A DNA stretch of 63,717 bases, filler included, from Octopus bimaculoides (GCF_001194135.2; 8 parts of 6 records of this genome joined end to end with filler, not necessarily neighbours in it), one strand, 5' to 3'; positions 51,561 through 63,717 are shown, counted from the first letter of the whole stretch. Notes: generated by a model not told the origin, from the letters alone. A program made the numbers and translations.

Positions 51561-51899
51561 TGTTGTAGTGAAAATGGTACTTACCATCCCACGTGACAAA
51601 GTGGTATGACAAGCCACTATAAAGTCACACAGTCAGTCGTTGTAGCCGGACAGTAGTAGTAGTAGAGTCGTTGTACGAGTTCTCAGTTGGAGTCAGTGTC
51701 AGTTACGTGTTATATACGAGTTCGAGTTACCGTCAAGGTAGACGTTTGAAAGTCATTGTCTTGCGGAGCTATCAGCAATAGCACGATAGACGAATCAAAG
51801 ATAATAAAACGCGGAATACCGCCACAACATAACAGTGGCGACAAGAATATTACAGTGCCGACAACAACGTACAAGTGGACGAGGATTCACATTATAACA
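51561..51899 (+). mobile_element. Ty3/gypsy 5' LTR (about 339 bp)
   Basis: Ends TGTT..AACA, with a TATA-like CTATAAAG inside. It is followed by a decayed PBS-like ATGATGAGGAT and a gag remnant. A second copy is inverted at 48242-48487. Confidence 0.75.
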
Positions 51900-52078
51900 A
51901 TGATGAGGATATAAACAAATCACGCGAACAACGTTGAAAAAAAGAATTTTATTGACACTTGAAAATAGACAATTCACGCGGACGACGTTGAAATATTTTT
52001 CACGTGGAAAAACTCAAAACTCGACAGATGAGTAACAAACATTTTTTTGTTCATATTTTACTTAAAATCCGTAAAATC

Positions 52079-52270
52079 ATGGAAAACTTGTTATAGGGTC
52101 TAGTTGAGTTGTAAAAACAGCAACAATAACAACTCAAAGAACACCAAGAACAACAATAAATGCTACAACTAATGAAGTTAGTAACAAAACCAGAAAATAC
52201 GTTTTCACCAGACCATGTAGCAAATGCAATAAATGAATTTAAATATGATCCGAAATAAGGAGTAATAAAC
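52079..52270 (+). pseudogene. Ty3/gypsy gag N-terminal remnant
   Basis: MENLL*GLVEL*KQQQ*QLKEHQEQQ*MLQLMKLVTKPENTFSPDHVANAINEFKYDPK*GV. A Q-rich N-terminus followed by an (I/M).EF.YDPE.GVTF-like motif is typical of invertebrate gypsy gag. Confidence 0.7.
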
Positions 52271-52606
52271 AGTCAGACAACTGATGAGGAGTTATCTTCT
52301 TTTGGTATTTTGTCCTGTACTTTCCTCTCGTGTATTTACGTATTTTTCACTCGCTGGTGATGTCTTGTACACAATGTGAATTATATAGGAAAATTTCGTA
52401 AGACAGTAGCATCCAGAAATTTTAAATATATAAAATTCATGGAGAGTTAGGCCTTCGAACGAACAAACAAGGATAGAGTGGACATACAAAGTAAACAATC
52501 GACGAAGGCAAACATTAATGGCCGTTAGGCCAAGACGAATTGTAATGAGTAACGCCTGGAAGAAATTTTTATATATATATACACACATACGTACATACGT
52601 ACATAC

Positions 52607-52767
52607 GTTGCTGTGTGGTAAGACGCTTGTTTCCCAGCCACATGGTTCGGGGTTCAGTCCCACTGTGCAGCATTTTGGGCAAGTAAGTGTCTCCTACTAT
52701 AGCCTCGAGCCAACCAAAGCTTTGTGAGTGGATTTGGTAGACGGAAACTGAAAAGAAACCTATCCTC

Positions 52768-52821
<54 letters not shown>

Positions 52822-53033
52822 CTTGTGTGTCTTTGTGTCTGTATCTGTCCCCTCCCCACCATCACTTGACAACCGATGTTAGTGTGTTTACGTTCTCGTA
52901 AATTAGCAGTTCGGCAAAAGAGACCGATAGAATAAGTACCGGGCTTACAAAGAATAAATCCTGGGGTCGATTTCTTCTCCAAAAAGGCGGTGTCCCAGCA
53001 TGGCCGCAGTAAAATGACTGAAATATGTAAAAG
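52607..53033 (+). mobile_element. SINE family C, full-length
   Basis: Same architecture with an internal (TG)n. Other full or partial copies lie at about 13420-13775, 15340-15535, 16505-16650, 20330-20585, 24230-24480, 27535-27680, 36100-36290, 36718-36850, 38920-39345, 49990-50240 and 56830-56985. Confidence 0.8.
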
Positions 53034-53520
53034 AATAAAAGAGTATATATACATATACACACAAATACATAGAGAGTCATACCATATACATATACTTGTA
53101 ATACATATATATGTATGATATATTTATATACATATGTATATATATTCATATATAATACGTACATATATAAAGTATAAAGCAATATATATATACGTATATA
53201 TATGTATGTATATGTGTATATATGTGTGTGTATGTATCTGTGTGTGGTGTGTGTGTGTATGTGTCTGTGTCCAGTGGTTACATGCTAAAATCTATAACAG
53301 AAAGTAACATTAATGCAACACAATCTTTTTATTGACGATGTAAAAGTCTGCACAAAAAATATTTGCAATGCTGAGACAGCCGAAAATACTAATAAATTTT
53401 CAGTTGGTGTAGAAATGGAATGTGGCCAAAAGAAACGTTCATGTATATTAGCCGAACGGGGAAAATGCTTTCCAAGCTAAACTAAAATCATTTACACCGA
53501 CATTTTATCTATCTCTTGTT

Positions 53521-53586
<66 letters not shown>

Positions 53587-54710
53587 NNNNNNNNNNNNNN
53601 NNNNNNNNNNNNNNNNNNNNNNNNNNNNNNTTAATTAATTAANNNNNNNNNNNNNNNNNNNNNNNNNNNNNNNNNNNNNNNNNNNNACGTGAAATACTTC
53701 ATGACATTTAAAAAAATTAATTTTACAAGCAAACTCCACACCTAGCTACATCTACAAAATAACAAAGGAATTGTTATACAATAAATAAAAGGTTTTAGTA
53801 TTGTGTCAAAAACATTCAAATAAACTATGACATTGACCACGTTAATATCACTGCTTTTGAAATATCCGACCACTTTATTTAAGATGTAGGACAACTAGCT
53901 TTTATGTTAGCATTCTATTGTGTTAGTTTGTGCATTCGCTTGTTTGTTAGTTAGTTAGTTACTTTGTTTGTCGGTGCGTGTGACAATGACAGAAAGTGAA
54001 GAAGCTGTTTTCGGCATTTCGATCCATTAAAAACACAAGATTAACATATTAACGGCGCGTGACATAATGTTTCGGGCGTGGCACTCAAGATCGTGGTTTC
54101 AATTCTTGGACAGGGTGGTCCGTTGTATTTTTTTAATCAAAACACATTTCACGTTGCTCTGCGATCACATCGATATCTTATCTGACATGTGGTAAACTGT
54201 GTACATGTTCAGGGAATGTCAATTTAATGATGGGAGCGAGCTTAATGTACTGGATATCGTGTGTGCTGGTTGTTTAGCAAGAAATAGTGGCGGCCTCATC
54301 GGTCATCTACGATAAGAGAGCTCACGCTGCGTGTGAGAGTGAGTGAGTGCGCGCGTGCGCGTGTGTGTTCGTTTTCTAACAAAGAGAGAAAATCAGTAAT
54401 TTTGAAAGAGTATGTATACAATGTTCATTATAGTGTAAGAAGACAAGATAAATCGGTGACCGATAATAAAGCCATAGGAAAAAAGTTTCAATTAGTTCAT
54501 GGGATCCAGACAAACCCTCCTCTAGGACAAATCCCCACTAGGACAAAACTCGGTCGGACACCCACCCCCCGCCCCGGACAANNNNNNNNNNACTTTATTA
54601 CCGTGACTTTTTTTTTTTCCTGTGACTCTTTTTACTTGTGACTCTTTTTACCTGGATTCGATAAATCAGAAAGCGCGATATTTTATTAACAAACTTTGGA
54701 AGTGTCGAAT

Positions 54711-54918
54711 GTGTTTGGTATTTTTCAGACAAAAAAATGAATTTCAAACGCAGTATAGCTGTGAAAACAGCAAAGAGATTGGATGTTTTACCCTTATAAA
54801 ACGAAGAAAAGTTGCCAGCAGAGCCGTCTGTTGGCAACATTTTTCTGTCTTTTTCTGCTGTTTTCGCGACTATTCTGCGTTCGAAATTTACTTTCTTGTC
54901 TGTAAAATAAGAAGGCAC
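54711..54918. repeat. Degenerate palindromic element (old MITE)
   Basis: The central hairpin GTTGCCAGCAGA-gccg-TCTGTTGGCAAC is flanked by about 50-bp arms of roughly 75-80% complementarity (estimated by eye). Confidence 0.6.
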
Positions 54919-55559
54919 AATAGTTAGAAATTCTCTCTTTAAAGCATTCTCTCTCTTAGTCATTCAATGTCTTATCAAAATCGAGGTGGCTGTAGCAATC
55001 TGAAAAATTTAGGTAGAGTTAAGTGATTTTTGGAAAAGACTGCAACATGGTCGGAAGAAGGCTGCTTTATGCTTATGAACATTATTGTTACATTAATATA
55101 GAAGCTGTTCATGAAATATATGTACGGGGATATTCAGATGAAACGACGTGTATGACACAAGTGCAGAAAGTATTCGTCAGGAATTTGACATTCGAGCTAA
55201 TTTTTGCACATCAATACATATTCTTGTTGCCGTAGTGTGTTTTCTTCTATCGTACCAAGTTGAATATATAGCTATGAAAATAAGTATGTGTAGAGAGTGA
55301 ATGCCACCAAGGACAGGATCACTGGAGTTTGGGCGCTTAACTGAGCTGCAGTTGTAGAGTGTGTTCACGGAAAGTTGTAGTCACGCCGCCGAAGTATCAC
55401 CAGCCATTGATTGGACAACAATTGGGTGTGCACGTATGATCAAATTGTAATTTCAATGTGGCAAAAGGTTGGGTTGAATCCAGCTGTTACAACACTTATA
55501 AAGGGTTTCGCTACAAAGCAAGTTAGGTCACCACAGCTACGAAGTATTATTGACAGGGT

Positions 55560-56090
55560 TCTGGTGGGTAGGAGAAACGCCGGCACCCGAGACTAAAGAA
55601 AGTCTCCACCTACGTAAGGTGTTGTTGTCTGTTTGGTGAGATATGAAAGGTTTAGTGTACTTTGAACTTTTAAATTCAAACCAAACGATAACAAAGGAGA
55701 GATCTACAGCGAGCAGCTTCAGCGGCTTAAGTCAGCGCTAGAAGAAAAACGACCATTTTTGGTTTCAAGATGAAAGGTGTTCTTCCATCAGGATAATGTT
55801 CGGCCACGTACAGCGAGGATGACATTCCAAAAGCTGGAGCAGTTTGAATGGAAAACGATGCCCTACCCACTATATTCGCCATGCATTTCCCCATCTGATT
55901 AGCATTTATTCCGCAGTCTTCAAAATTCATTTGGACGGCAAAAATAAGAGTTCTGTAAACGAGGTCACAACAGTACTGGAGGAGTATATTTTGTCACGGA
56001 CAAATGAATTTTAGAAGAGGATCCTTATAAATCTACCAGATAGATGGAAGAACATTGTGGAAAATGAACGAGAGCATATTTTAGATAAAA
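55560..56090 (+). mobile_element. Degenerate mariner (DD34D) transposase remnant
   Basis: RKVLLSVW*DMKGLVYFELL..HQDNVRPRTA..PYPLYSPCISPSD*HLFRSLQN..LPDRWKNIVEN, with stops and frameshifts. Confidence 0.8.
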
Positions 56091-57439
56091 AAAAAAAGAA
56101 CTTTATTTTAATTTTGAAAGCCCTTTCATACTTCGTTCATTCCACTCTTCGTTCTTTCGTCACCCCCTCTCTTACATTTCCTGACCTTCTCTTCATGCGT
56201 ACTTTCTCTCCTCTTTCACTTCACTGTGTCTCTTTGATTTTTTTCTCGCTCCTGCTTAATTCTTCTATCCCTCTGCCTCTACCTCTCTTTCTTCTCTCCC
56301 CACATGACCGGTATTCGGCCAGGTCTGACCTTTCATTCTTGGTTCGACTACTATCCGTACAACATCTATATTCCTCCCTGTGCCTGTTAAATCTTATGTC
56401 CCTGCTGTAAGGCTTTACTTCCACACACGCCAGCTTAATTCAATTCGTCCTTAGTCGAAAGACACCTGCTGTTATGTCCTGTTAATTGCATTTGTATTGT
56501 GTAACATTTCTCTGTTTTTTTTCCCGTCCTTGTTTTCGTATATATTCGCTGCTTTCTTCCAAAGAATCTAATGCTCTTAGTTTACTTTTTCCTTGGGGCT
56601 GGCCAGATTGGAGCAATCTCAAGTAAAACCAGCCGAAATTGCAAAGATAATCTGGAATTCGACTGAGGATAGAAAACTCCGAATGACCCGTCCTTGTTTT
56701 CNNNNNNNNNNATCTGGAATTCGACTGAGGATAGAAAACTCCGAATGACCCGTCCTTGTTTTCCTTGTATCGTCTGTCTGGATATTTTGTTGTCTCTTTT
56801 TTGTATCACCTAACTGTCTGGGTATTTTCCGTTCTTGTCCCAGTTTCCGGCTACAAAATCCACTCACAAGGCTTTAGTCGGCCCGAGGCTATAGTAGAAG
56901 ACACTTGCCCAAGGTGTCACACAGTGGGACTGAACCCAGAATCAAGTGGTTGGGAAGCAAGCTTCTTATGACACAGCCACGCTATATTTAGAGTAACATT
57001 ACATTAAAGAGTGGAACGTACGATTTCCTGTAAGTCAGACCGCCTTATAGTCCCAGCAGACAAAACCAAAATTGCGCTACCCTCCGGGGGTGGCGAAAGT
57101 GATACGTTGGAACAATCAATAATAAAATAAGTTTTATTTTTTAATTTTATTATTATACATTCTAAGGGACACAACTCTACCTTGACGGCTTGTAGTAATA
57201 ATACGATTTCAAGGGAAGTAATTCTTCTTTTCCTGTCGTCAAATGTCATTAACAGTATAGTGTCGTCAGCAGATGACTGGATGAAATACCTTGTGATATT
57301 TCGTTCCTACTCTTTACCTCCTAATTTCAAATCCACACCTCTCTCGCTTTCAACTTTTATTCTTTTGTGATCGTTAGAATAAAAGATCGAAATAGAGTTT
57401 TTCGACGATACTATTACGAATGCCAGATTGTACTTCTGT

Positions 57440-58608
57440 TAGAAAATATCATTTAGCAGAATCGTTAAAGCGTCGGGCAAAATATTTTGCGATATTTCTT
57501 CTAGAGTTTTGCGTTCCGAGTTCAAATCACAGGTAAACTTTGTCTTTCATTCTTTTGAGGTCGATAAAATTACTACCAGTCGAGCATCGGAGATGATGAA
57601 AATTGACTAACCTTCCCTCAAATTTTTCAGGCCTCGTGGCCTTAGAAATATTTAAAAAAAAAAAATTCAAAGCAGCGAGCTGTCAGGATTATCACGTCGG
57701 ACAAAATGCTTAGTTGCATTTCTTCCAAATTTTTAAGTTTTGAGCTCAAAATACCGCCGAGGTTGACTTTGCCTTTCACTCTTTCTGGATCGATAAAATA
57801 AGCACCAGTTGAGCCCTTTACCCACCAAATTTCAGGGGTCGACTTTGCCTTTCATCCTTTCGAGGGTCGATAAATTAAGTATCAACTACGTACTGGGGTC
57901 GATCTAATCGACTGGTTCCCTCCTTCAAAATTTCAGTCATTGTGCCTATAGTAGAAAGGATTATTATCATTATTATTGGCGAGCTGGCAAAAAGGTTTAG
58001 CACGCCGGACAAAATGCTTAGCAGCATTTCGTCCGTCCTTACGTGCTGAGTTCAAATTCCGCCGAGGTTGACTTTGCCTTTTATCCTTTCGGAGTCGATG
58101 AAACATATACCTGTTGAGTACTGGGGGGTGTGGGGGTGATGTAATCGACTGCCTCCTCTCCTATTTCCGGCCTTGTGCCAATAGCGGAAAGAATTATTTT
58201 CTTCTGTAAACCTGGCAGAATTGTTACTGCACCGGTGAGCTGGCAGAAACGTTAACACGCTGGGCGAAATGCTTCGCGGTATTTCGTCAGCTGTTACGTT
58301 CTGAGTTCAAATTCCACCGAGGTCGATTTTGCATTTCATCATTTCGGGTTCGATTAAATAAGTACCAGTTACGCACTAGGGTCGATATAATCGACTTAGT
58401 ACGTTTGTCTGTCCTTGTTTGTCCCCTCTGTGTGTAGCCCCTTGGAGGCAGTAAAGAAATAAGAATCGTTACTGCACTGGACAAAATGCTTAGCGACATT
58501 TTATCCAGTTCTTTACGTTCAAATGCCACGGGGTTAATTATGCCTTTCAACCCTTCTGCGTCGATAAAATAAACACCAGTTGACCCCTACCACCAAATTT
58601 CTGGCCTA

Positions 58609-58651
<43 letters not shown>

Positions 58652-59150
58652 GCTTGNNNNNNNNNNAACCATAAGAAAATTATGAGTTTGTTTTAAAATT
58701 TGAGATTACATAGTCAATATTTTACGTAGGATATGGACAGTTCCCATGAGCACTATCTTCTGAACTTCTACCATTTTGGGGTTTCCTGGTATCTGAGCTA
58801 ATTAGTAATCTGCCCCTTTTGCTATCATTCCTAGGGCACCTATGACAACAGGTATTGTTTTAGTCTTCAGGTTCTACATTTTGCTAAATTTTATTTCAAG
58901 ATCTTTATACTTGCTCAGTATTATTATTATTGTTGTGCTTGTTCTTGTTGGCGAGCTAGCAGAATAGTTAGCATGCCGGGTTTAGCGGCATTTCACCCAT
59001 CTTTACTTTCAGGGTTCAAATTCCGCCGAGATCGACTTTGCCTTTCATCCTTTGGGAGTTGATAAATTAAGTACCAATGAAACACTGGGGTTAATGCAAT
59101 CGACTAGTCTCCTCCCGCTAAATTTCAGGCCTTGTGCATTTAATAGAAAC
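57440..59150 (+). mobile_element. Dense cluster of SINE family A copies and fragments (about 8), interleaved with (ATT)n and an R4/Dong fragment
   Basis: The GAGTTCAAATTCCGCCGAGGTCGACTTTGCCTTTCATCCTTTCGGGGTCGATAAA core recurs roughly every 150-300 bp. Confidence 0.8.
58667..58918 (-). mobile_element. R4/Dong-clade LINE 3' coding end
   Basis: LSKYKDLEIKFSKM*NLKTKTIPVVIGALGMIAKG..VEVQKIVLMGTVHILRKILTM*, the end of the restriction-like endonuclease domain. Confidence 0.8.
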
Positions 59151-59184
59151 TACTACTACTACTACTACTACTAATAATAATAAT

Positions 59185-60300
59185 ATTCGATAGTTTCAGC
59201 AGCACCAGGTGCACCTTCGTATTCTTGAAGTGTGTGCAGCATTGTGTTCTTGTTTTATTGGGGTTAAGGAAGAATAGACTCTTCCTGTTGATGTACTGCA
59301 TCAACGTGTTTTATTACGGGGGTTAGTTTCTTGTTTCTTGTTATACCAGTGTTTGTTCTGTTGTGTACGGAACATGTACTGTAGGCCGTGTTAATCCTGT
59401 AGAGTCGTGTTTTAGTTACGTGCTTATTGTATAGGTTGTGTGTTGTTCTATTTCAGCTATTTTATTGAATCAATAATGTCTTACGCAAGATCTGAACTGT
59501 TCCGTGCAAGCTTTTCTTTTTTTTTTTTTTTTGTAGACAGTGTGTAATATTGAGCCCTTTTACGACTTAGCTGTTTCTTTTCATATTTTTCACTTTTTTT
59601 TATATCATGGCTAGTGCTGCAATCACTAGTAGTTTTTTGTTTTCATCCTCACGCCCCACATGTTGACAATTTCAATTTGAAAGTTCAAGGTCTTATATTT
59701 TGATAGTTTTCCCCACTTCGTTTTCTGAAAAACTTTTGTCAGAAGAAATATCGATGTCTATCATAATACATGTATTTGTTTCCTAGTTCCTGGTTCACCT
59801 GGATCTTTTCATCAGTTTGGATAGGTACATCCAGACTTACTGTAGCCATGTCGTTGTCATGTAGCGTCTATGGTACCACTTTTGTACCACCTTTTCTTTA
59901 TTATCACATCGAAGTATTGGCATATTACCCAGTGGAAGTAGCTGCAGACACAATCATCATACCTTTGTATATACTCAGGTCTGACAAGGCCTGGGCAACT
60001 GAAGATGATGTTGACAGCTGTTTCATTGTGCTAGTTGAACATTCGGCATTTAGTGTTACGATTCATTTTCATTAACATATTCTTATAATTATTTGTGGTT
60101 AGTCCTGTGCAGCAAGGACCAGTCCCTCCATTTCTATTTCTAGACCAGAGCTTTTGCGCTGTTATCGACTTTCACTTTCGCATATTTCTATTCTATTGAG
60201 CCTTGTAGGGCATTGACCTTGGAGAGGTTTTTCTCTTCATTTCTTCTTGCGTATGTATTGTAATTTTGTTTTCGCGTTGTCTTTGTCTCTTTATCCATTT
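59185..60300 (-). mobile_element. R4/Dong-clade LINE fragment (zinc knuckle, REL endonuclease, 3' UTR)
   Basis: SGLEIEMEGLVLAAQD..KCRMFN*HNETAVNIIFSCPGL..YFHWVICQYFDV..RWYK..KLSKYKTL..GTVQILRK, followed by about 300 bp of UTR and (TAT)/(TAG) repeats. Confidence 0.8.
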
Positions 60301-60309
60301 CTGCTGTGT

Positions 60310-60806
60310 TGGTTGAGCGTCAGACAAAATGCTTAGCAGCATTTCTTCCGTCTTTACGTTCTGAGTTCAAATTCTGCTGAGGTCGACTTTGCCTTTCATC
60401 TTTTCGATGTCGATAAAATAAGTACCAGATGAGTACTGGGATCGATGTAATCGACTAGCCCATTCTCCAATATTTCAGGCTCCGTGCCTTCCTTTCATTC
60501 TTTTGAAATCAATCCTTGTTGCGCATTGGAGTCGACGCAGTCGACTAGCCCCAAAATTTCAGGCCTTATACCTATAGTAGAAAGGATTTTTTTAAGGCGG
60601 CGATCTGGGAGAATTCTCAATACACTGGGCATAATCCTTTGCTGCATTTCGTCTGTCTTTACGTTCTGAGTTTAAATTCCGCCGAAATCGACTTTGCCTT
60701 TGATCCTTTCGGGGTTGATAAAATAAGTATACCATTTGAGCACTGGAGTCGGGGTAAATCGACTATTTCCCTCCCCACAAATTCCTGGCCTTGTGCCAAT
60801 GGTAAA

Positions 60807-60810
<4 letters not shown>
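60310..60810 (+). mobile_element. SINE family A copies (2 plus fragments) ending in (TAG)n
   Basis: Same core. (TAG)n follows at about 60807-60846. Confidence 0.75.
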
Positions 60811-60846
<36 letters not shown>

Positions 60847-61349
60847 CACAACACTAAATATTGGGACTCCTTTTAAAAAGCTTTTAGCGTATATGCGTCA
60901 ATATCCACTCGATCTATTGCTTTTACTTTTGATAGGTCACCTAAGGCGAGAAAAAGTAAACAAATAGGCGAAGATTTTATCTAATTTCGTTGACATGGAG
61001 AATAAATTACAAGCGAGATTAATTCGTCATCTTGAGGTAAAGTATAATAATTAAAACTGGAGTAGGCAATTTCTAACGAACAAACTACATTCACCTGTTC
61101 CTGCCTATTGAGTCGATAGATTTTCAGCGTCAGAAAAAAAAAATCTACTCTGATACAACACATCTCAAGGGTTGACAATATAATTATTAAATAAATATAA
61201 TATAATATTCTAAACGGTAAGTTGATGATTCAAATAGCTGAGTTGATAAATTATTTCCACTTGAGCTAATGAGCCAAGTGGCTAAGTTTATTCAAGTCCT
61301 TACGTGACTTGAAACAATTTTATGTTTGATTTGAGACAGCAGATGCAGT

Positions 61350-61800
61350 GCCTTACTTTCTCCGACTTAAACCCTTCGCTCCCTATCGACAACTTTTCTC
61401 TGTTGTTCACCATTCAGTGCTGTCTTTCTGGCTTCAGTCCAGTTGGATCCCTGCTTTTCAACTCTACCTCGTATCCTGCCTTCAGCTATTTTTAGAGCAT
61501 CTTCCCTTCCACCTCTCTTGTGGATTCCAGGTCAGGGTCTAACGTCTAATGGCAGTTTCGTTTCAGATTTTGCTTTACTGTGTCATATGTTTACCTGAGG
61601 AGAGGTCTCCCTCTCGCAGGTTTTGCTGATTTTGAATGGCCGTCGATGCTTCTGTAACTTAAATGTTTCTAGGTAAGCCGTTGACTTCACGCAAACCCAT
61701 TTTTACTGCTGGGAAGAGGTATTCCATATAAATTTGGCTTCAGTCCTTTTACCTTTCCAGCATGGAAGGCTCTACCAGGAGTCTGAGTTCCGCTGGTATA
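61350..61800 (-). mobile_element. Old RTE (SR2/BovB-like) remnant, probably internally deleted
   Basis: Degenerate R*TLTWNPQERWKGR..GSNWTEARKTA resembles the RTE C-terminal LTWNPQGKRKRGRP motif. Confidence 0.5.
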
Positions 61801-62069
61801 GCTCTCAGAGTCAATGAGATGCACAAGTCAACACTCCACAACAACGACCGGACTTGGAGTAGAGTGCCTAACGAAATGTTATATTGTTTCGAATACACAA
61901 TGTTAATGTCGACTTTGATGCTAGTCTGTGGGCTGATAAAACAAAACAGTGTTTCTGTGTGTACTATGAAAAAGAGGTTTCAAATGAATGTATCAGTTCC
62001 ATAGAAATCTGTACCGTACACTCGAGTGAAATTCTCCTCTCCCCTTTATTATATATACGTATATTCGAA

Positions 62070-63130
62070 CGTAGCAGATAACAGCTAGCCTTTGGCCGTT
62101 ATTTGGACCCCGTTGTGTCCACTACTCTGATTAGTCGGTATTGGCGTAATTAGTCTCTTACTCTGTTGCGCCAATCTGCAGTGTATAACCAATCGGAGTC
62201 CCTAAATAAATCACGTGAGACAGCCTATTCTCAACCCCGTTTGAGCCTAGAGCTCCTTATAAAAACCCAGCTTCACCTCGTCTCGAGATCTTTGGTTCCA
62301 GACCTTTTAAGGTCTAGCTACTGACCACACAAGACACAGTCAGTTCCAGCAACAACGCCAGACGACAATACCCGTCCAACAGCAACACGCCCACGTTTCA
62401 ACACAGCACTGTTCGTGAATTACTTCACCATGGATCAACAGTAGAGAAACAACCTGTGAGCCAGACGATAACATCCATCCAACAGCATTTCGGCAATCTC
62501 TTTCTTCGTCGCCACATCATCTTCTTAACCTCATCAACATCATCTCTTTATGTACACAGCAACAGCAACACGCCCAATTTTAAACACAGCACTGTTCGTG
62601 AATTACTTCAACATGGATCAATAGCAAATATACAACCTGCGAGAACTCCTGTACCAAGTGACCCAGGCAGCAGCCTTACAGACACAACTTCATGTACGAC
62701 ATGTACGGCAACTGGCTCCGCGTCATCGCCGCAACTTCTTGATACAGTATTTCAATTACCGTGTACAATTGATTACGAACTAGTACTCTTATTTCTTGTG
62801 TCTATGAACATTCGTCCAACTTCTCATTATGGACTCTTTCACTGTCTCTTCATTGTTATTCTTATATGTACTTAACCCACACGCATACATCCATGCCTAT
62901 ACACACATAGACTTTGTTTTCATGACGGCTTGTCTATTATTCTGTATACATGACGCAAACACAGACACACACATTAGCATATCAATAAACCTTCTCTTAA
63001 ACATTCTACTCAGTTGTGTTTCCTTTTTTCCCATTGGTGCATATATGTATTATCCCAGCTTTCTGAACGGAGTCGTTATTAGACGGTTTCCCCACGCTGG
63101 CCGCTGACCATCTATAAATGGATGTTCAAC
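62070..63130 (+). mobile_element. Putative solo LTR or retroelement terminal repeat
   Basis: CCAAT (x2), CACGTG and TATAAAA (about 62257) precede a C/A-rich leader with an 83-bp internal duplication, AATAAA (about 62983) and an end ..TTCAACA. No clear TSD. Confidence 0.4.
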
Positions 63131-63154
63131 AGAAAGTTAGACTTAGAATTTATA

Positions 63155-63717
63155 TTGGTTTCAAATTTTGTCACAAGGCCAGTAATTTCGGGGGGAAGGG
63201 TAAGTCTATTACATCGACCCTAAAAGGGTAAAAGGTAAAGTCGACCTTGGCGGTATTTGAACGTAGAATGTAAAGAAGGACAAAATACCACTAAGCTCGG
63301 TGCTTTCTTAATATTTATATAAGAACGAGCAGTCGATTGACAGGAATAGAGCGTCTGATGAAATGGCTAACGATTCTGCCAGCACGCCGCCTTTGTACTC
63401 GATAGAATAATGGTTCCAAATTTTGGCACAACGCCAGTAATTTCGGGGGAAGGGGAAGACGATTAGATCGACTCCAGTGCGCTACTGGTACTTATTTTAT
63501 CGACCCCGAAAGGATGAAAGGCAAAGTCGACCTTGGCGGAATTTGGGCTCAGAACGTAAAGTCGGACGAAATGCTGGTAAGAAGTATGCCCAATGTGCTA
63601 ACGATTCTTATTTCTTTATTGCCTACAAAGGGCTAAACATAGAGGGGACAAACAAGGACAGACAAAGGGATTAAGTCGATTACATCGTTCCCAGTGCGTA
63701 ACTGGTACTTAATTTAT
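63155..63717 (-). mobile_element. SINE family A copies (about 3, last one running off the window)
   Basis: Reverse complement of the family A core is repeated. Confidence 0.75.

Noticed and set aside
57230-57300. SSADDTILL resembling an RT YADD motif (minus)
   Set aside because: Too short and degenerate to classify, so it is not listed as a feature.
61093-61130. ..NRQEQ|GTGAAT resembling the prickle PEQ| exon end
   Set aside because: The upstream frame lacks EYAWVPPG and there is no suitable acceptor.

Overview
AT-rich, microsatellite- and retroposon-dense animal genomic DNA from a gapped draft scaffold. The repeat landscape (tRNA-headed SINEs, RTE and R4/Dong LINEs, mariner and DD37D remnants) points to an octopus or other cephalopod, which is an inference. 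About 8 contigs are joined by artificial 100-bp N44-TTAATTAATTAA-N44 linkers, and most ORF-track entries are microsatellite or gap noise. Host coding sequence is sparse. There is one clear 255-bp exon of the PCP gene prickle (PET domain, minus strand, 6252-6506). A sharply CpG-depleted 13.7-kb block (34.0-47.7 kb), bounded exactly by linker gaps, holds a 104-bp exon of a GDE2-class glycerophosphodiester phosphodiesterase (GDPD2/4/5 family) and an unidentified 84-bp exon that the ORF track misses. The block is either a nested or adjacent methylated gene body or a mis-scaffolded segment. Other notable items: minimal hammerhead-ribozyme-like motifs in short Penelope-type repeats, a mariner whose centre is replaced by an antisense Tx1/L1 fragment, an RTE reverse transcriptase with an in-frame PHD-type finger, RTE 3' UTRs with copy-specific tandem arrays, an inverted pair of Ty3/gypsy LTRs, several fold-back hairpins, and a SINE/R4-Dong pile-up in (ATT)n tracts. 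No rRNA, true tRNA gene or CRISPR array is supported. I see no strong evidence for a wholly new system. Boundaries of degenerate repeats are approximate.
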